64,000 nucleotides of DNA from Chitinophagales bacterium (GTDB taxonomy: Bacteria; Bacteroidota; Bacteroidia; Chitinophagales; LD1), in the NCBI GenBank assembly GCA_046329575.1, contig JAXLUJ010000017.1:4891-68890 (forward strand). Direction: 5' to 3'. This document shows positions 1-10,496 of this stretch, piece by piece (within the stretch, counting starts at the first letter, position 1; each line of letters begins with the position of its first letter). The position numbers and the translations under genes were made by a program. Under the pieces are notes generated by a model, which saw only the letters and a list, made by a program, of their open reading frames with translations, searched no databases and was not told where the DNA came from.

Positions 1-67
1 ATTTCCTGAAATTCTTTAACTGCGGACTTGAGAAAGTTTGCAATACCCGAAGTGCTGCCTGATCCAT
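1..67 (-). CDS. N-terminus of a hypothetical protein (runs off window start)
   Basis: ATG at 67 (minus) opens MDQAALRVLQTFSSPQLKNFRK with no stop before the edge; 26 nt downstream of the MFS gene. Confidence 0.35.
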   Translation of the reverse strand, partial: MDQAALRVLQTFSSPQLKNFRK

Positions 68-93
68 AAATAGCGAAATAAGGCTTTTTAAAG

Positions 94-1413
94 CTATTTG
101 TTAGAAGTAACTCCGGTAACTCCCGGAGCAACCAACAATGTAGAAATACCGGCCAGAAACATTAAAATACCGGCTAAAATCAACCCGTGAATGGCATTAG
201 GGCCCACAAAATGATGCGTCAAAAAATTCAACCCGCCTAATGATGCAATAATCTGGGGTATGCAAATGAACATGTTGAACAGCCCCATATAAACTCCCAT
301 TTTACGCGCAGGAATTGCCCCGGCAATAATAGAGAACGGCATACATAAAATGCTCGACCAGGCAATACCGATTAATGCAAAGGACGCATATAGAAAGTTG
401 GGATTGGTGATATAGTTAATAGAAAGTAACCCGATTCCACCTAAAATTAAACACATTCTATGGGTGCTGCGCTTTCCAATGCGCGCTGCAAACGCCGGTA
501 GCACAAAGCCCATAATGGTGGTCATTACATTGAAAACAGCCCAACAGCCATAAATGAAATCGGCCCCGTCGTTGTATGCTTTAGTAGTGGGGTCGGTTGC
601 ATGAAAGATGTGCGCAGTAATGGCTGGTGTGGCATTGGCCCACATCGCAAATAGGGCAAACCAGGTGAACAACTGAACCACCGCAATCTGCTTCATATGT
701 GCGGGCATAGCCTTTACTGATTTCACAATGTCGCCTAAGGCATGCCATAAACCTCCTTGCTCGCGCTCTCGGTCAAATGCATCCATATCAGCAGGTGGAT
801 ATTCTTTCGTAGTGAGATTGGTATAAAGTATGGCGGCAATAAAACAAACCCCACCCAAATAAAAGCTGTACTTCACATTGTCAGGAATCACGCCGGCTGC
901 GGCCGTATTCGAAATGCCTACCGCTTTGAATAAAAGAGGAGATAGGCTGGCCAGCAACGATCCCAGACCTATAAGAATACTTTGCATGGCAAACCCTTCT
1001 GTTTGCTGCTCTTCAGGAAGTTTGTCGGCAACCAATGCCCTAAAGGGTTCCATAGAAATATTGATGCTGGCATCCAATATACAAAGCATTCCGGCAGCCA
1101 TCCATAATGCTGAAACATGGGGCATGAATAATAACGCAATACTGCTGAGCACTGCTCCGGCAAAAAAGTAGGGTTTCCGTCGGCCCCACCGCGACCAGGT
1201 CCTATCGCTGAAATATCCGATCACCGGTTGAACCAACAAACCCGTGAGCGGTGCAGCCAACCATAATCCGGGAATCTGGTCTTCACTCGCCCCGAGGGTT
1301 TGAAAAATGCGGCTCATATTGGCTCCCTGTAATCCAAATCCAATTTGAATACCCAAAAAGCCAAAACTCATATTGAAAATGTCTAACGCACTTAACCGTG
1401 GTTTGCCGCTCAT
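94..1413 (-). CDS. MFS sugar transporter (SLC45/GPH-like, maltose/sucrose type)
   Basis: About 12 hydrophobic segments; motifs FGFLGIQIGFGLQ, GYFSDRTWSRWGRRKPY, MEPFRALVAD. Confidence 0.88.
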   Translation of the reverse strand: MSGKPRLSALDIFNMSFGFLGIQIGFGLQGANMSRIFQTLGASEDQIPGLWLAAPLTGLLVQPVIGYFSDRTWSRWGRRKPYFFAGAVLSSIALLFMPHVSALWMAAGMLCILDASINISMEPFRALVADKLPEEQQTEGFAMQSILIGLGSLLASLSPLLFKAVGISNTAAAGVIPDNVKYSFYLGGVCFIAAILYTNLTTKEYPPADMDAFDREREQGGLWHALGDIVKSVKAMPAHMKQIAVVQLFTWFALFAMWANATPAITAHIFHATDPTTKAYNDGADFIYGCWAVFNVMTTIMGFVLPAFAARIGKRSTHRMCLILGGIGLLSINYITNPNFLYASFALIGIAWSSILCMPFSIIAGAIPARKMGVYMGLFNMFICIPQIIASLGGLNFLTHHFVGPNAIHGLILAGILMFLAGISTLLVAPGVTGVTSNK

Positions 1414-1498
1414 AATTCAATTTTAAGGCAAGTTAAAAAATTAAGTAAAGTGTAATAATGACACTTAGTAAGAACGTTTTTAACGAAATGGATGACAT

Positions 1499-1530
1499 AA
1501 AAAAAGGCTTCCGAAGAAGCCTCTTTTTTT
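1499..1530. terminator. Intrinsic terminator downstream of pnp (bidirectional form)
   Basis: A-run, GGCTTC-CGAA-GAAGCC hairpin, T-run. Confidence 0.8.
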
Positions 1531-1552
1531 ATGCGTGAGTTGAAAATGAATC

Positions 1553-3670
1553 TTATTCGCCGTTGGTCAAAAGTACCTTGCGCGACAACCGGTATTTTCC
1601 GGTTTTTTTGTCGATGTCCAGCAACTTCACTTTAATTTGCTCGTTCTCTTTCAATACGCCATCCATGTTTTCCAAACGTTTGTTGGAAACCTCTGAAATG
1701 TGCAACAAACCTTGTTTGCCGGGCATGAACTCCACGAAAGCGCCGTATGGCATAATCGACTTCACCGTAGCGTCGTAAACTTCACCTATTTCTGGTGTAG
1801 CTACTATTCCTTTGATCTTGCGCAAAGCAGCATCTACACTGGCGGCATTCGGGCCGAAAACTTCTACGCGGCCTTTATTACCTTCTTCTGTAATGGTAAT
1901 AGTGGTTCCGGTAGTTTTTTGCATTTCCTGAATGATTTTTCCTCCGGGTCCAATGATAGCGCCAATGAACTCCCCATCAATGTAAAGCACTTCAATCTTA
2001 GGAGCGTGCGGCTTGTAAGTTGGATTGGGCTGCGACATGGTTTTCATCATTTCGCCCATGATGTGTGCGCGACCTTCTTTCGCCTGATTCAGCGCCTGCG
2101 TGAGCAATTCTTTCGACAAACCATCGATTTTGATATCCATCTGGCAGGCCGTAATACCTTTTGAAGTTCCGCATACTTTAAAGTCCATATCGCCCAGGTG
2201 ATCTTCATCGCCCAGAATATCGGAAAGAATAGCGTATTTACCGCTGGCATCAGTCACCAATCCCATCGCAATACCTGAAACCGGAGCCTTGATTTGCACG
2301 CCGGCATCCATCAGCGCCAAAGTTCCGGCACATACCGTGGCCATAGATGATGAACCGTTCGATTCCAGAATGTCGCTTACCACGCGAACTACATATGGGA
2401 TATCCGTTGGCATTACTTTTTGCAGCGCGCGGAAGGCCAGATTACCATGACCTACTTCACGACGGCTTTGCGCACGAGGTGTACGCGCTTCACCGGTGCT
2501 GAAAGGAGGGAAGTTGTAGTTTAGCATAAACTTCTTTTCGCCTGAAATCACTACACCATCTACTTCCTGTGAATCGAGAGAAGTGCCCAGAGTTACTGTG
2601 GTAAGCGATTGTGTTTCTCCACGAGTAAACAATGCCGATCCGTGTGGCGAAGGCAAATAGCCAACTTCGCTCCAAATCGGGCGCACTTCATTCATTTTGC
2701 GTCCGTCCAAACGGCTTTGCTTGTTCAGCATCACAAAACGCACCGCATCTTTTTCTACACCGTGGAAATACTGACCAATCAGGAACGCTTTTTCTTCCAA
2801 TTCCTCTGGAGTGTATTGCGCCTCAAATTCAGTTTGTACGGCTTCGAAAAGTTCACCGCGCTTGTGCTTGTCGGCTAAACCCTGCGAAGCAATGTCCACA
2901 TATTTGTCGTATGCAAAAGCTTTAATTTTTGCGCGCAGTTCTTCGTCATGCGTTTCATGCGAATAGGTGCGTTTTACTGTTTTGCCTGCAGCTTCTTGCA
3001 GTTCCATCATTACGGCTACTTGCTTTTTGATGGCTTCGTGTGCAAACACAATAGCTTCTATCATTTCAGCCTCACTCACTTCGTTCATTTCACCCTCTAC
3101 CATCACAATTGATTTTTCGGTAGCGGCAACAATCAAATCGAGTGTATTGGCATCGCTGAATACTTCTGATTTAGTTGGATTAATGGTAAGCACCCCGTTG
3201 ATTTTGGCAACGCGAACTTCAGAGATGGGGCCGCCGAACGGAATATCGGAAACGGCCAGTGCTGATCCGGCAGCTAAACAAGCCAGTGCATCAGGTAGTT
3301 CGTTATTGTCAGAAGAAATTAGTGTGATTTGTACCACTACATTGGCGTGAAAATCATCCGGGAAAAGCGGACGAAGCGCACGGTCAACCAGGCGGGAGAT
3401 CAGGATCTCGTTTTCGCTGGGACGGGTTTCGCGTTTAATAAAGCCACCGGGATATTTTCCTGCAGCAGCAAATTTCTCTTGATATTCCACGGTTAAAGGC
3501 ATGAAGTCAACGCCTTCTTTGGCCTCCTTATCGGCACAAACAGTAGCCAGCAACATGGTGTTGCCATACTTTACCACTACCGATCCGTCGGCTTGTTTGG
3601 CCAAACGGCCGGTTTCGATCTCAACGGTGCGGCCACCGCCAAGGTCAACAGTTTTTTTGATTACGTTCAT
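1553..3670 (-). CDS. pnp: Polyribonucleotide nucleotidyltransferase (PNPase)
   Basis: [39 protein letters not shown] and S1 domains; start reassigned to MNVIKK (ATG 3670); follows rpsO. Confidence 0.98.
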   Translation of the reverse strand: MNVIKKTVDLGGGRTVEIETGRLAKQADGSVVVKYGNTMLLATVCADKEAKEGVDFMPLTVEYQEKFAAAGKYPGGFIKRETRPSENEILISRLVDRALRPLFPDDFHANVVVQITLISSDNNELPDALACLAAGSALAVSDIPFGGPISEVRVAKINGVLTINPTKSEVFSDANTLDLIVAATEKSIVMVEGEMNEVSEAEMIEAIVFAHEAIKKQVAVMMELQEAAGKTVKRTYSHETHDEELRAKIKAFAYDKYVDIASQGLADKHKRGELFEAVQTEFEAQYTPEELEEKAFLIGQYFHGVEKDAVRFVMLNKQSRLDGRKMNEVRPIWSEVGYLPSPHGSALFTRGETQSLTTVTLGTSLDSQEVDGVVISGEKKFMLNYNFPPFSTGEARTPRAQSRREVGHGNLAFRALQKVMPTDIPYVVRVVSDILESNGSSSMATVCAGTLALMDAGVQIKAPVSGIAMGLVTDASGKYAILSDILGDEDHLGDMDFKVCGTSKGITACQMDIKIDGLSKELLTQALNQAKEGRAHIMGEMMKTMSQPNPTYKPHAPKIEVLYIDGEFIGAIIGPGGKIIQEMQKTTGTTITITEEGNKGRVEVFGPNAASVDAALRKIKGIVATPEIGEVYDATVKSIMPYGAFVEFMPGKQGLLHISEVSNKRLENMDGVLKENEQIKVKLLDIDKKTGKYRLSRKVLLTNGE

Positions 3671-3760
3671 AATACTTGTTTTTGTTCCGCGGTTTGCGGA
3701 ACGGTTTATAATAATTGAATTGTTCCTTTTTCGGGGAATAGGGCAACCCGGTTGGGTTAT

Positions 3761-3791
3761 AAAAAAAAGGCCGGTGCGAAACACCAGCCTT
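3761..3791 (-). terminator. Hairpin/terminator between rpsO and pnp
   Basis: Minus strand AAGGCTGGTG-TTTCG-CACCGGCC followed by a T-run. Confidence 0.7.
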
Positions 3792-3796
3792 AAAGC

Positions 3797-4066
3797 TTAT
3801 TTACGGATATTGAGTTTTTCGATGAGGGCGCGATAGCCATTGAGATCTTGCTTGGCAAGATAGTTCAGCAACCGGCGGCGTTTACCTACCATGATCAGCA
3901 ACGAACGCGTGCTGCTATGGTCTTTACGATTGGTTTTCAGGTGTTCCGAAATATGATTGATACGCTCGGTAAACAATGCAATCTGACCTTCGGTAGAACC
4001 TGTGTTTTTAGCATTGCCACCGTAGGTTTTGAATAAGTTGTTTTTGCTTTCAGTAGTCAGTTTCAT
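3797..4066 (-). CDS. rpsO: 30S ribosomal protein S15
   Basis: 89 aa; NTGSTEGQIALFT, KDHSSTRSLLIMVGKRRRLLNYL. Confidence 0.98.
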   Translation of the reverse strand: MKLTTESKNNLFKTYGGNAKNTGSTEGQIALFTERINHISEHLKTNRKDHSSTRSLLIMVGKRRRLLNYLAKQDLNGYRALIEKLNIRK

Positions 4067-4099
4067 CTTAATCTTGACTTGTTTTTATTATTTGAGCGG

Positions 4100-4107
4100 C
4101 GAAGATA
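4100..4107 (-). promoter_or_regulatory. Putative Bacteroidota -7 promoter box (TATCTTCG) for rpsO
   Basis: Matches TAnnTT(T/C)G about 35 nt upstream of the rpsO ATG. Confidence 0.55.
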
Positions 4108-4145
4108 GTAAAGCCCCCCGAAATTGCAAAACAATTCTTTCGATA

Positions 4146-4194
4146 CACCCACCACACCCACCACACCCACCACACCCACCACACTCACCACACC
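4146..4194. repeat. 9-bp tandem repeat (CACCCACCA) x about 5.5
   Basis: Directly visible; abuts the stop codon at 4195. Confidence 0.95.
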
Positions 4195-4569
4195 TTATTC
4201 CTCCAGCCTTTCCGTTTCCAGCTTTTCCTTTTTCAGGTCAATCCGAAGCAAATTGTAGGCGCTCATGTAAACATTGGCAATCCAAACCAGAGCAAACCAA
4301 CCGATAAGCGCTCCCCGCCAGTCGGCAAACAGCAAGCGGAAGTGAGCTATATATATAAAGAAGAGCGCTACATAATGGCTAAAGCAGTATTCGCAGGTAA
4401 ATACGTAGAAGAACTTACGTGCCAGAAGAGAAGACCGGCTTTTGGTACAGGCAATGCAATATTCGCGGGGTTCCCTGAAAATTTCTTCGTGGGTTACCGT
4501 CCATGAGGCACAGGCTACGGGAAGCGCGAGCAGCAGGAGCGCACCGAATTGATTTAACAGGCTGTCCAT
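4195..4569 (-). CDS. Small membrane protein with two CxxC motifs (DUF1360-like)
   Basis: Start likely MDSLLNQFG (ATG 4569); TM segments, HEEIFREPREYC, FTCEYCFSHY. Confidence 0.65.
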   Translation of the reverse strand: MDSLLNQFGALLLLALPVACASWTVTHEEIFREPREYCIACTKSRSSLLARKFFYVFTCEYCFSHYVALFFIYIAHFRLLFADWRGALIGWFALVWIANVYMSAYNLLRIDLKKEKLETERLEE

Positions 4570-4628
4570 AATAATGGGAGAAAGCTTAAAAAGGAGTGCC
4601 TGCCAGATGGGACATTCCGGAATGATGG

Positions 4629-4790
4629 CCGTGGCAGTGATGGGAAGGGTGGCCGGGAACCGGCCAGTGTGGCGGCGGAGGAACGGAGCCGCCACACCGA
4701 AGCGGTAGCGGAGCCCTGTACAGCACGGGCCCCGGCAACGGTGGGGCTTTGAGCTTTGCGAAAAGCCCCACCGGAAGCCGGGGTGCCACC
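4629..4790 (+). repeat. Dispersed structured GC-rich repeat (REP/MITE-like), copy 1
   Basis: Terminal stem GTGGCA...TGCCAC; hairpins TGGCCGG-GAA-CCGGCCA and GTGTGGCGGC/GCCGCCACAC; core CACCGAAGCGGTAGCGGAGCC shared with other copies. Confidence 0.75.
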
Positions 4791-4854
4791 CTTATGAAAC
4801 CATATTGTGGATTACTTTCTGGAAAAATAATTTTAAAATCATGTGGATAAGTTT

Positions 4855-4862
4855 TATATTTG
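4855..4862 (+). promoter_or_regulatory. Putative -7 promoter box (TATATTTG) for the infA-rplQ operon
   Basis: Exact TAnnTTTG about 30 nt upstream of the infA ATG. Confidence 0.65.
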
Positions 4863-4893
4863 CAGTCCTTTTGAAAAAAGGGGTATCAAATTC

Positions 4894-5112
4894 ATGGCAA
4901 AACAAGATCTGATTGAGCAGGACGGCACCATCGTAGAAGCGTTGAGCAACGCCATGTTCCGCGTGAAGTTAGAGAATGCGCATGAGATCATTTGTCATAT
5001 TTCGGGCAAGATGCGAATGAACTATATTAAGATACTTCCGGGCGACCGGGTGAAGGTGGAGATGAGCCCTTATGATTTGAACAAAGGCAGAATTACATTC
5101 CGCTATAAATAA
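4894..5112 (+). CDS. infA: Translation initiation factor IF-1
   Basis: [11 protein letters not shown]...[28 protein letters not shown]; 72 aa from ATG 4894. Confidence 0.98.
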   Translation: MAKQDLIEQDGTIVEALSNAMFRVKLENAHEIICHISGKMRMNYIKILPGDRVKVEMSPYDLNKGRITFRYK

Positions 5113-5120
5113 ACATAAAG

Positions 5121-5237
5121 ATGAAAGTTAGAGCATCAGTTAAGAAAAGAAGCGCCGACTGCAAAATTGTTCGCAGAAAGGGCGTGGTGTATGTTATTAA
5201 TAAGAAGAACCCAAAGTACAAACAACGTCAGGGTTAA
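5121..5237 (+). CDS. rpmJ: 50S ribosomal protein L36 (not in ORF track)
   Basis: Translated by hand: [38 protein letters not shown]; lies between infA and rpsM. Confidence 0.97.
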   Translation: MKVRASVKKRSADCKIVRRKGVVYVINKKNPKYKQRQG

Positions 5238-5266
5238 TTTCAAACTGTTAAAACCAAAGAATATAA

Positions 5267-5644
5267 ATGGCAAGGATTTCAGGGGTTGATCTACCTAAAA
5301 ACAAGCAAGGCGCTATCGGACTTACCTACATCTACGGTATCGGCCGCACTACCGCAAAGAAAATTCTGGCTTCAGCCGGAATCGAATTCGAAACGAAAGT
5401 GAAGGACTGGACCGATGAGCAGGTGAACGGTATCCTGAACTACATCGCTACCCATTTGAAAGTGGAGGGTGAATTGCGTGGTGAAGTTCAGTCGAACATC
5501 AAGCGTTTGCAGGACATTGGCTCGTACCGTGGTATCCGCCACCGTAAAGGCTTGCCGGTTCGCGGTCAGCGTACCATCACTAACGCCCGTACCCGTAAAG
5601 GTAAGCGTAAGACGGTTGCTAATAAGAAAATGGTGACCAAATAA
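5267..5644 (+). CDS. rpsM: 30S ribosomal protein S13
   Basis: [33 protein letters not shown]. Confidence 0.98.
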   Translation: MARISGVDLPKNKQGAIGLTYIYGIGRTTAKKILASAGIEFETKVKDWTDEQVNGILNYIATHLKVEGELRGEVQSNIKRLQDIGSYRGIRHRKGLPVRGQRTITNARTRKGKRKTVANKKMVTK

Positions 5645-5670
5645 TAATTAAAGCATAGTATCTCTATAAA

Positions 5671-6084
5671 ATGGCAAAGCAACAACAATCGGCTGGCAAC
5701 AATGCCAAGGCTAAAGCTAAAAAGCGCGTAGTAAAAGTAGGCGCAGAAGGAAAAGTATTCCTCAACGCTACCTTCAATAATATCATCGTTACCTTTACCA
5801 ACCTGGATGGCCAAACCATCAGCTGGTCGAGCGCCGGTAAAGTAGGGTTCCGTGGTTCGAAGAAAAACACGCCTTATGCAGCTCAGTTGGCTTCTTCAGA
5901 AGCCGCCAAAGTGGCTCACGAGGCCGGTTTGCGCAAAGTGGAAGTTTTCGTGAAAGGCCCGGGTGCCGGTCGTGAATCAGCTATCCGCGCTATCTTTACT
6001 TCCGGAATCGAAGTAACGGTAATCAACGATACTACCCCAATTCCTCACAACGGTTGCCGCCCGCCGAAAACACGTCGCGTGTAG
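5671..6084 (+). CDS. rpsK: 30S ribosomal protein S11
   Basis: [36 protein letters not shown]. Confidence 0.98.
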   Translation: MAKQQQSAGNNAKAKAKKRVVKVGAEGKVFLNATFNNIIVTFTNLDGQTISWSSAGKVGFRGSKKNTPYAAQLASSEAAKVAHEAGLRKVEVFVKGPGAGRESAIRAIFTSGIEVTVINDTTPIPHNGCRPPKTRRV

Positions 6085-6123
6085 TCATTTTTAAATTATA
6101 CTATAAATCGATCTTAAGAAGTT

Positions 6124-6729
6124 ATGGCAAGATATATTGGACCTACAACTAAAATAGCCCGCAAATTCGGCGAGGCCATTTACGGTGCTGATAAATATTT
6201 CGACAAGCGCAATTACGCTCCGGGCCAACATGGTCTGTCGAAAAAGCGGAAACAGCCTTCAGAATATGCGATTCAGCTGGCTGAAAAACAAAAAGCAAAA
6301 TATACTTACGGTTTATTGGAGCGCCAATTCCGCAATCTGTTCGAGAAAGCCGCACGCCGTAAAGGTGTTACCGGTGAAAACCTCTTGAAATTATTGGAAG
6401 CCCGGTTAGACAATGCCGTTTTCCGCATGGGTTTTGCCAAAAGCCGCGCTCAGGCGCGTCAGTTGGTAGGTCACAAACACGTTACCGTTAATGGTGAAGT
6501 GGTGAACGTTCCGTCGTTCTCCCTGCGCCCGGGCGATAAAGTGGCCATCCGCGAACGCTCTAAAAACCTGGATGTGGTAGCTACTTCTATCGGAGGCCGC
6601 GGACGTAAGTTTGGATGGCTGGCAATTGACGATAAGGCCGTTGAAGGTACTTTCGTTGATTTCCCTGAACGCGACCAAATTCCTGAAAACATCAACGAGC
6701 AGTTGATCGTGGAATTGTACTCGAAATAA
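6124..6729 (+). CDS. rpsD: 30S ribosomal protein S4
   Basis: [31 protein letters not shown]. Confidence 0.98.
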   Translation: MARYIGPTTKIARKFGEAIYGADKYFDKRNYAPGQHGLSKKRKQPSEYAIQLAEKQKAKYTYGLLERQFRNLFEKAARRKGVTGENLLKLLEARLDNAVFRMGFAKSRAQARQLVGHKHVTVNGEVVNVPSFSLRPGDKVAIRERSKNLDVVATSIGGRGRKFGWLAIDDKAVEGTFVDFPERDQIPENINEQLIVELYSK

Positions 6730-6763
6730 TCTTTTGTATCAAATTAATCAACTCAATAAAGCT

Positions 6764-7753
6764 ATGGCCATATTAAGTTTCCAAAAACCGGACAAAATAT
6801 CATTACAAAAAGCTACTGATTTCGAAGGTGTTTTCGAATTCAAACCTTTGGAACCGGGTTTTGGCGTAACTATCGGTAATGCCCTGCGCCGTGTGCTGCT
6901 TTCTTCTCTTGAAGGTTATGCTATCAGCGGTATTAAAATCAGCGGCGTTGACCACGAATTTTCTACCATCAAAGGCGTGATCGAAGACGTTACCGAAATC
7001 GTTCTGAACCTGAAACAGGTGCGCCTGAAAAAGGTAATGGACGACGACGCCGGCGCTGAAAAAATTTACATCTCGCTGAAAGGTCAGGATGCCTTCCGCG
7101 CAGAACATATCGAAAAGCACACCAACGTTTATCAGGTGATGAATCCGGATATGGTGATTTGCCATATGAGCGGAAACGTAAATCTGGAAATTGAACTCAC
7201 CATTACCAAAGGACGTGGTTACGTTCCGGCTGATGAGAATAATGCTCCGGTTCATGGCTACATCGCTATCGATGCGATTTATACGCCAATCAAAAACGTA
7301 AAATACGGAGTGGAAAACTTCCGTGTAGATCAGCGCGTTGACTTTGAAAAACTGATTCTTGAAATTACTACTGATGGAACCATCCATCCGGAAGAAGCCG
7401 TGAAAGAAGCTTCCCGCATCCTGATTCAGCACATGATGCTGATTACCGATGAGCATATCTCTTTCGACGCGCCACAGGCTGAATCTACTGAAATGGTTGA
7501 TGAGCACTTGTTACACTTGCGCAAAATGTTGAAAACGCCTTTGGAAGATCTCGATCTTTCAGTTCGCGCCTTCAACTGCCTGAAAGCAGCCAAAATCAAC
7601 TCGCTTGAAGAATTGGTTTCTTTCAACACCAACGATCTTTTGAAATTCCGCAACTTCGGTAAGAAATCGCTGGTAGAAATCGAAGCCTTGTTGCACGAAA
7701 AAGGACTGAGCTTCGGTATGGACCTTTCCAAACTGAAATTAGACGAAGCATAA
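6764..7753 (+). CDS. rpoA: RNA polymerase alpha subunit
   Basis: [21 protein letters not shown], alpha-[20 protein letters not shown]; start MAILSF at 6764. Confidence 0.98.
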   Translation: MAILSFQKPDKISLQKATDFEGVFEFKPLEPGFGVTIGNALRRVLLSSLEGYAISGIKISGVDHEFSTIKGVIEDVTEIVLNLKQVRLKKVMDDDAGAEKIYISLKGQDAFRAEHIEKHTNVYQVMNPDMVICHMSGNVNLEIELTITKGRGYVPADENNAPVHGYIAIDAIYTPIKNVKYGVENFRVDQRVDFEKLILEITTDGTIHPEEAVKEASRILIQHMMLITDEHISFDAPQAESTEMVDEHLLHLRKMLKTPLEDLDLSVRAFNCLKAAKINSLEELVSFNTNDLLKFRNFGKKSLVEIEALLHEKGLSFGMDLSKLKLDEA

Positions 7754-7780
7754 TTAAAGAAACCGATCAAATAACCAGAG

Positions 7781-8278
7781 ATGAGACACGGAGATAAAGT
7801 AAATAATTTAGGACGCAAAACGGCTCACCGCCACGCGTTGATGATGAATATGGCCAATGCGCTGATCCGCTACAAGCGTATCTTCACTACTTTGGCCAAA
7901 GCCAAAGCACTGCGCGGCTATGTTGAACCACTGATCACTAAATCGAAGACCGATAGCACCCACAGCCGTCGTGTAGTGTTCAGCTACCTTCGCGATAAAG
8001 ATTCTATTAAAGAATTGTTTGGTTCCATTTCAGGTAAAGTGGCTGATCGTCCGGGTGGTTACACCCGCATCATCAAAACCGGATTCCGCGCCGGTGATGC
8101 TGCTGAAATGGCGATGATTGAGCTGGTTGACTTCAACGAAGTGTACACCCAGAACAAGAACACCGCAAAAGCTGCCGAGCCGAAGAAAAAGACCCGTCGC
8201 AGCGCAGGAACCGCCAAGAAAAAGGCCGCTCCAAAAACGGATAAGGCTGCTGATGCCGAAACTTCAGAAGAAGCATAA
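7781..8278 (+). CDS. rplQ: 50S ribosomal protein L17
   Basis: [22 protein letters not shown]; Lys/Ala-rich tail. Confidence 0.98.
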   Translation: MRHGDKVNNLGRKTAHRHALMMNMANALIRYKRIFTTLAKAKALRGYVEPLITKSKTDSTHSRRVVFSYLRDKDSIKELFGSISGKVADRPGGYTRIIKTGFRAGDAAEMAMIELVDFNEVYTQNKNTAKAAEPKKKTRRSAGTAKKKAAPKTDKAADAETSEEA

Positions 8279-8298
8279 GCAACAGTTAGAATAAACGA

Positions 8299-8327
8299 TA
8301 AAGGCTACCATATTGGTAGCCTTTTTT
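8299..8327 (+). terminator. Intrinsic terminator of the infA-rplQ operon
   Basis: AAAGGCTACCA-TAT-TGGTAGCCTTT plus T-run. Confidence 0.88.
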
Positions 8328-8390
8328 GTTTTTATGGCGTTCCCCCTCACACCGCCGGGAACGGCACTAATTTTCCAAACTTGAGGGAAT

Positions 8391-8520
8391 GGCGGCGTTC
8401 GGGGTCGCGTGCTTTCGTGCTTCGCTAGCGCTACGGTGTTTGGTGCATTTCGTTTCACTACATGCCCAAACACAGCTCCCTACGGTCGCTCACTATCGCC
8501 CGCTAACGCCTGCGCCCGGG
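8391..8520 (-). repeat. Dispersed structured repeat, copy 2
   Basis: Minus strand contains GTGAAACG and CACCGTAGCGCTAGCGAAGCACGAAAGCACGCG, and ends CGCCGCC. Confidence 0.7.
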
Positions 8521-8604
8521 TTATGAAAAACCGCCTTAAGTTTTAAAGTTAGGATACGTATTGGAATACGTATGGTAATACGGCAAAATGCCATTCAGAA
8601 GGGA

Positions 8605-9978
8605 TTACACACCTACCGCTTCAGTCTTCGCCAACAAGTGCTTCACTTTCTCCCAAGGTTCCAGTTCAAAATGTTTGCGGTCTTTTACTTTTTCGGGGTA
8701 GCGGATATGGAATTCAAATTCATCGCGGAAATGGCGGATAGCGGCAGCCACGGGCCATGCCGCAGCATCGCCAAGCGGGCAAATGGTATTGCCCTCAATT
8801 TTGCGTTGAATATCCCATAGCAGTTCAATGTCTTCCATCCGGCCAAAGCCATGTTCAATGCGCCAGGTCACTTTTTCTAACCAACCTGTTCCTTCGCGGC
8901 AAGGCGAGCATTGTCCGCAACTTTCATGATGATAAAAGCGGGAGAAATTCCAGGTGTTGCGCACAATGCACTGGCGGTCGTCATACACAATAAAACCACC
9001 TGAACCGATCATGGAACCGGTAGCAAATCCGCCATCGCTCATACTTTCATAGGTCATCAAACGTGTTTCACCCTTGGCGGTACTGAACAATAAATTGGCA
9101 GGCAGTATTGGCACGGAACTGCCGCCCGGCACGCATGCTTTCAGCGGACGATCGGTTTGCATACCGCCGCACCATTCGTCGCTCATTACAAACTCTTCAA
9201 CTGATATACCCAATTCAATTTCATAAACACCCGGCTTGCGAATGTTGCCACTGGCGGAAATCAATTTAGTACCGGTGCTTTTGCCTACACCTATCTTCGC
9301 AAATTCATCGCCGCCATTATTTACAATGTATGGAATGTCCATGATGGTTTCCACATTGTTTACCACAGTTGGATTTCCATAAAGACCTACCACAGCCGGA
9401 AATGGCGGTTTAATGCGCGGATTGCCGCGCTTGCCTTCCAGCGATTCGATGAGTGCGGTTTCTTCGCCGCAGATGTAAGCGCCTGCACCGCAGGTAACGT
9501 GCAGGTCGAGATTATAGCCACTACCTTTAATGTTTTTGCCTAACCAGCCATTGGCATAGGCTTCGTTGATGGCGCGTTCCAGAATGCGGTACACCCACAT
9601 ATACTCGCCGCGGATGTAGATGTAGGAGAGATTAGCCTCCAACGCGATGCTGGAGCAAATCATTCCTTCTACCAAAAGATGCGGCAATTTTTCCATCAGG
9701 TAGCGATCTTTGAACGTTCCGGGTTCGCTTTCATCGGCATTGCAAACCAAGTGACGCGGACGACCACTTTTTTTGTCGATAAAGCTCCATTTCATACCGG
9801 TTGGGAAGCCGGCGCCGCCGCGGCCGCGCAGACCGCTTTTTTTCACTTCCTCTACAATATCGTTCGGAGCCATTTTCAGGGCTTTCTCCACAGCATTGTA
9901 GCCACCTTTCTGGCGATACACTTCGTAAGTATGAATGTTTGGAACATTCACATGTTCCAGCAAGATTTTTTTGCTCAT
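8605..9978 (-). CDS. nuoF: NADH-quinone oxidoreductase subunit F
   Basis: GLRGRGGAGFPTG, CNADESEPGTFKD, GAGAYICGEETALIESLEG, ESCGQCSPCREG, TICPLG. Confidence 0.97.
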   Translation of the reverse strand: MSKKILLEHVNVPNIHTYEVYRQKGGYNAVEKALKMAPNDIVEEVKKSGLRGRGGAGFPTGMKWSFIDKKSGRPRHLVCNADESEPGTFKDRYLMEKLPHLLVEGMICSSIALEANLSYIYIRGEYMWVYRILERAINEAYANGWLGKNIKGSGYNLDLHVTCGAGAYICGEETALIESLEGKRGNPRIKPPFPAVVGLYGNPTVVNNVETIMDIPYIVNNGGDEFAKIGVGKSTGTKLISASGNIRKPGVYEIELGISVEEFVMSDEWCGGMQTDRPLKACVPGGSSVPILPANLLFSTAKGETRLMTYESMSDGGFATGSMIGSGGFIVYDDRQCIVRNTWNFSRFYHHESCGQCSPCREGTGWLEKVTWRIEHGFGRMEDIELLWDIQRKIEGNTICPLGDAAAWPVAAAIRHFRDEFEFHIRYPEKVKDRKHFELEPWEKVKHLLAKTEAVGV

Positions 9979-10055
9979 AAGATCACCGGTTTGAACCGTA
10001 GTGCAATTTTACGCTTTCGGCAGGAAATTTTGGTAATGTTTTCAACACAGGGCAG

Positions 10056-10377
10056 GATGCAAGGAGAGAGCTGTGAGTTTCGAGCGGAGAGTTACGAGCT
10101 GAGAGTTGCGTGAGATTCAAGACGCAAGACGCAAGATGCAAGACGCAAGATGCAAGACGAAAGACGCAAGATGCAAGGAGAGAGCTATGAGTTACGAGCT
10201 ATGAGTTACGAGCTGTGAGTTACGTGAGATTCAAGACACAAGACACAAGACACAAGACGCAAGATGCAAGGAGAGAGCTATGAGTTACGAGCTGTGAGTT
10301 ACGTGAGATTCAAGACGCAAGACGCAAGATGCAAGACGCAAGATGCAAGATGCAAGACGCAGGACACAAGACGCAAG
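10056..10377. repeat. Higher-order heptamer tandem repeat: 3 super-units of (GAGCTRT/GAGTTAC)n-GTGAGATT-(CAAGAYR)n
   Basis: Directly visible 7-bp periodicity with alternating blocks. Confidence 0.92.
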
Positions 10378-10496
10378 TGGCGAAGTCCTATTTTTTGGTA
10401 GAATGATGTGGAGGCGTGAAGTGGAAAGCCGGGGGAGTGTGGCTAACCGCGGCAGCGATAGCAGGTACTATCATTAAAACAAGTAAAATTTAAAGT

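Noticed and set aside
3671..3784. N-terminal extensions in the ORF track for pnp (also infA, rpoA, sterol reductase, tsaE, sigma, lysC, folA, sucB)
   Set aside because: They overlap terminators, promoters or upstream genes; family homology begins at the downstream start codons
4029..4307. Pro/His-rich ORF (PPH)n, and similarly (VVG)n at 55498-55713
   Set aside because: Read-through of the 9-mer arrays, overlapping real genes
4629..4790. tRNA, SRP RNA or riboswitch identity for the GC-rich structured segments
   Set aside because: No T-loop/anticodon cloverleaf or known aptamer consensus recognised; better explained as members of the dispersed repeat family (an Rfam search is still advisable)
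5121..5237. L36 lacking the full zinc-ribbon Cys/His set
   Set aside because: The Zn-free form is usual in Bacteroidota, so it is not unusual
6803..7507. Long antisense ORFs over rpoA, pnp, rpoC and others
   Set aside because: Shadow frames of strongly codon-biased genes with no recognisable motifs
10056..10377. Possible CRISPR array
   Set aside because: Units are 7-mers with no unique spacers and no cas genes are nearby
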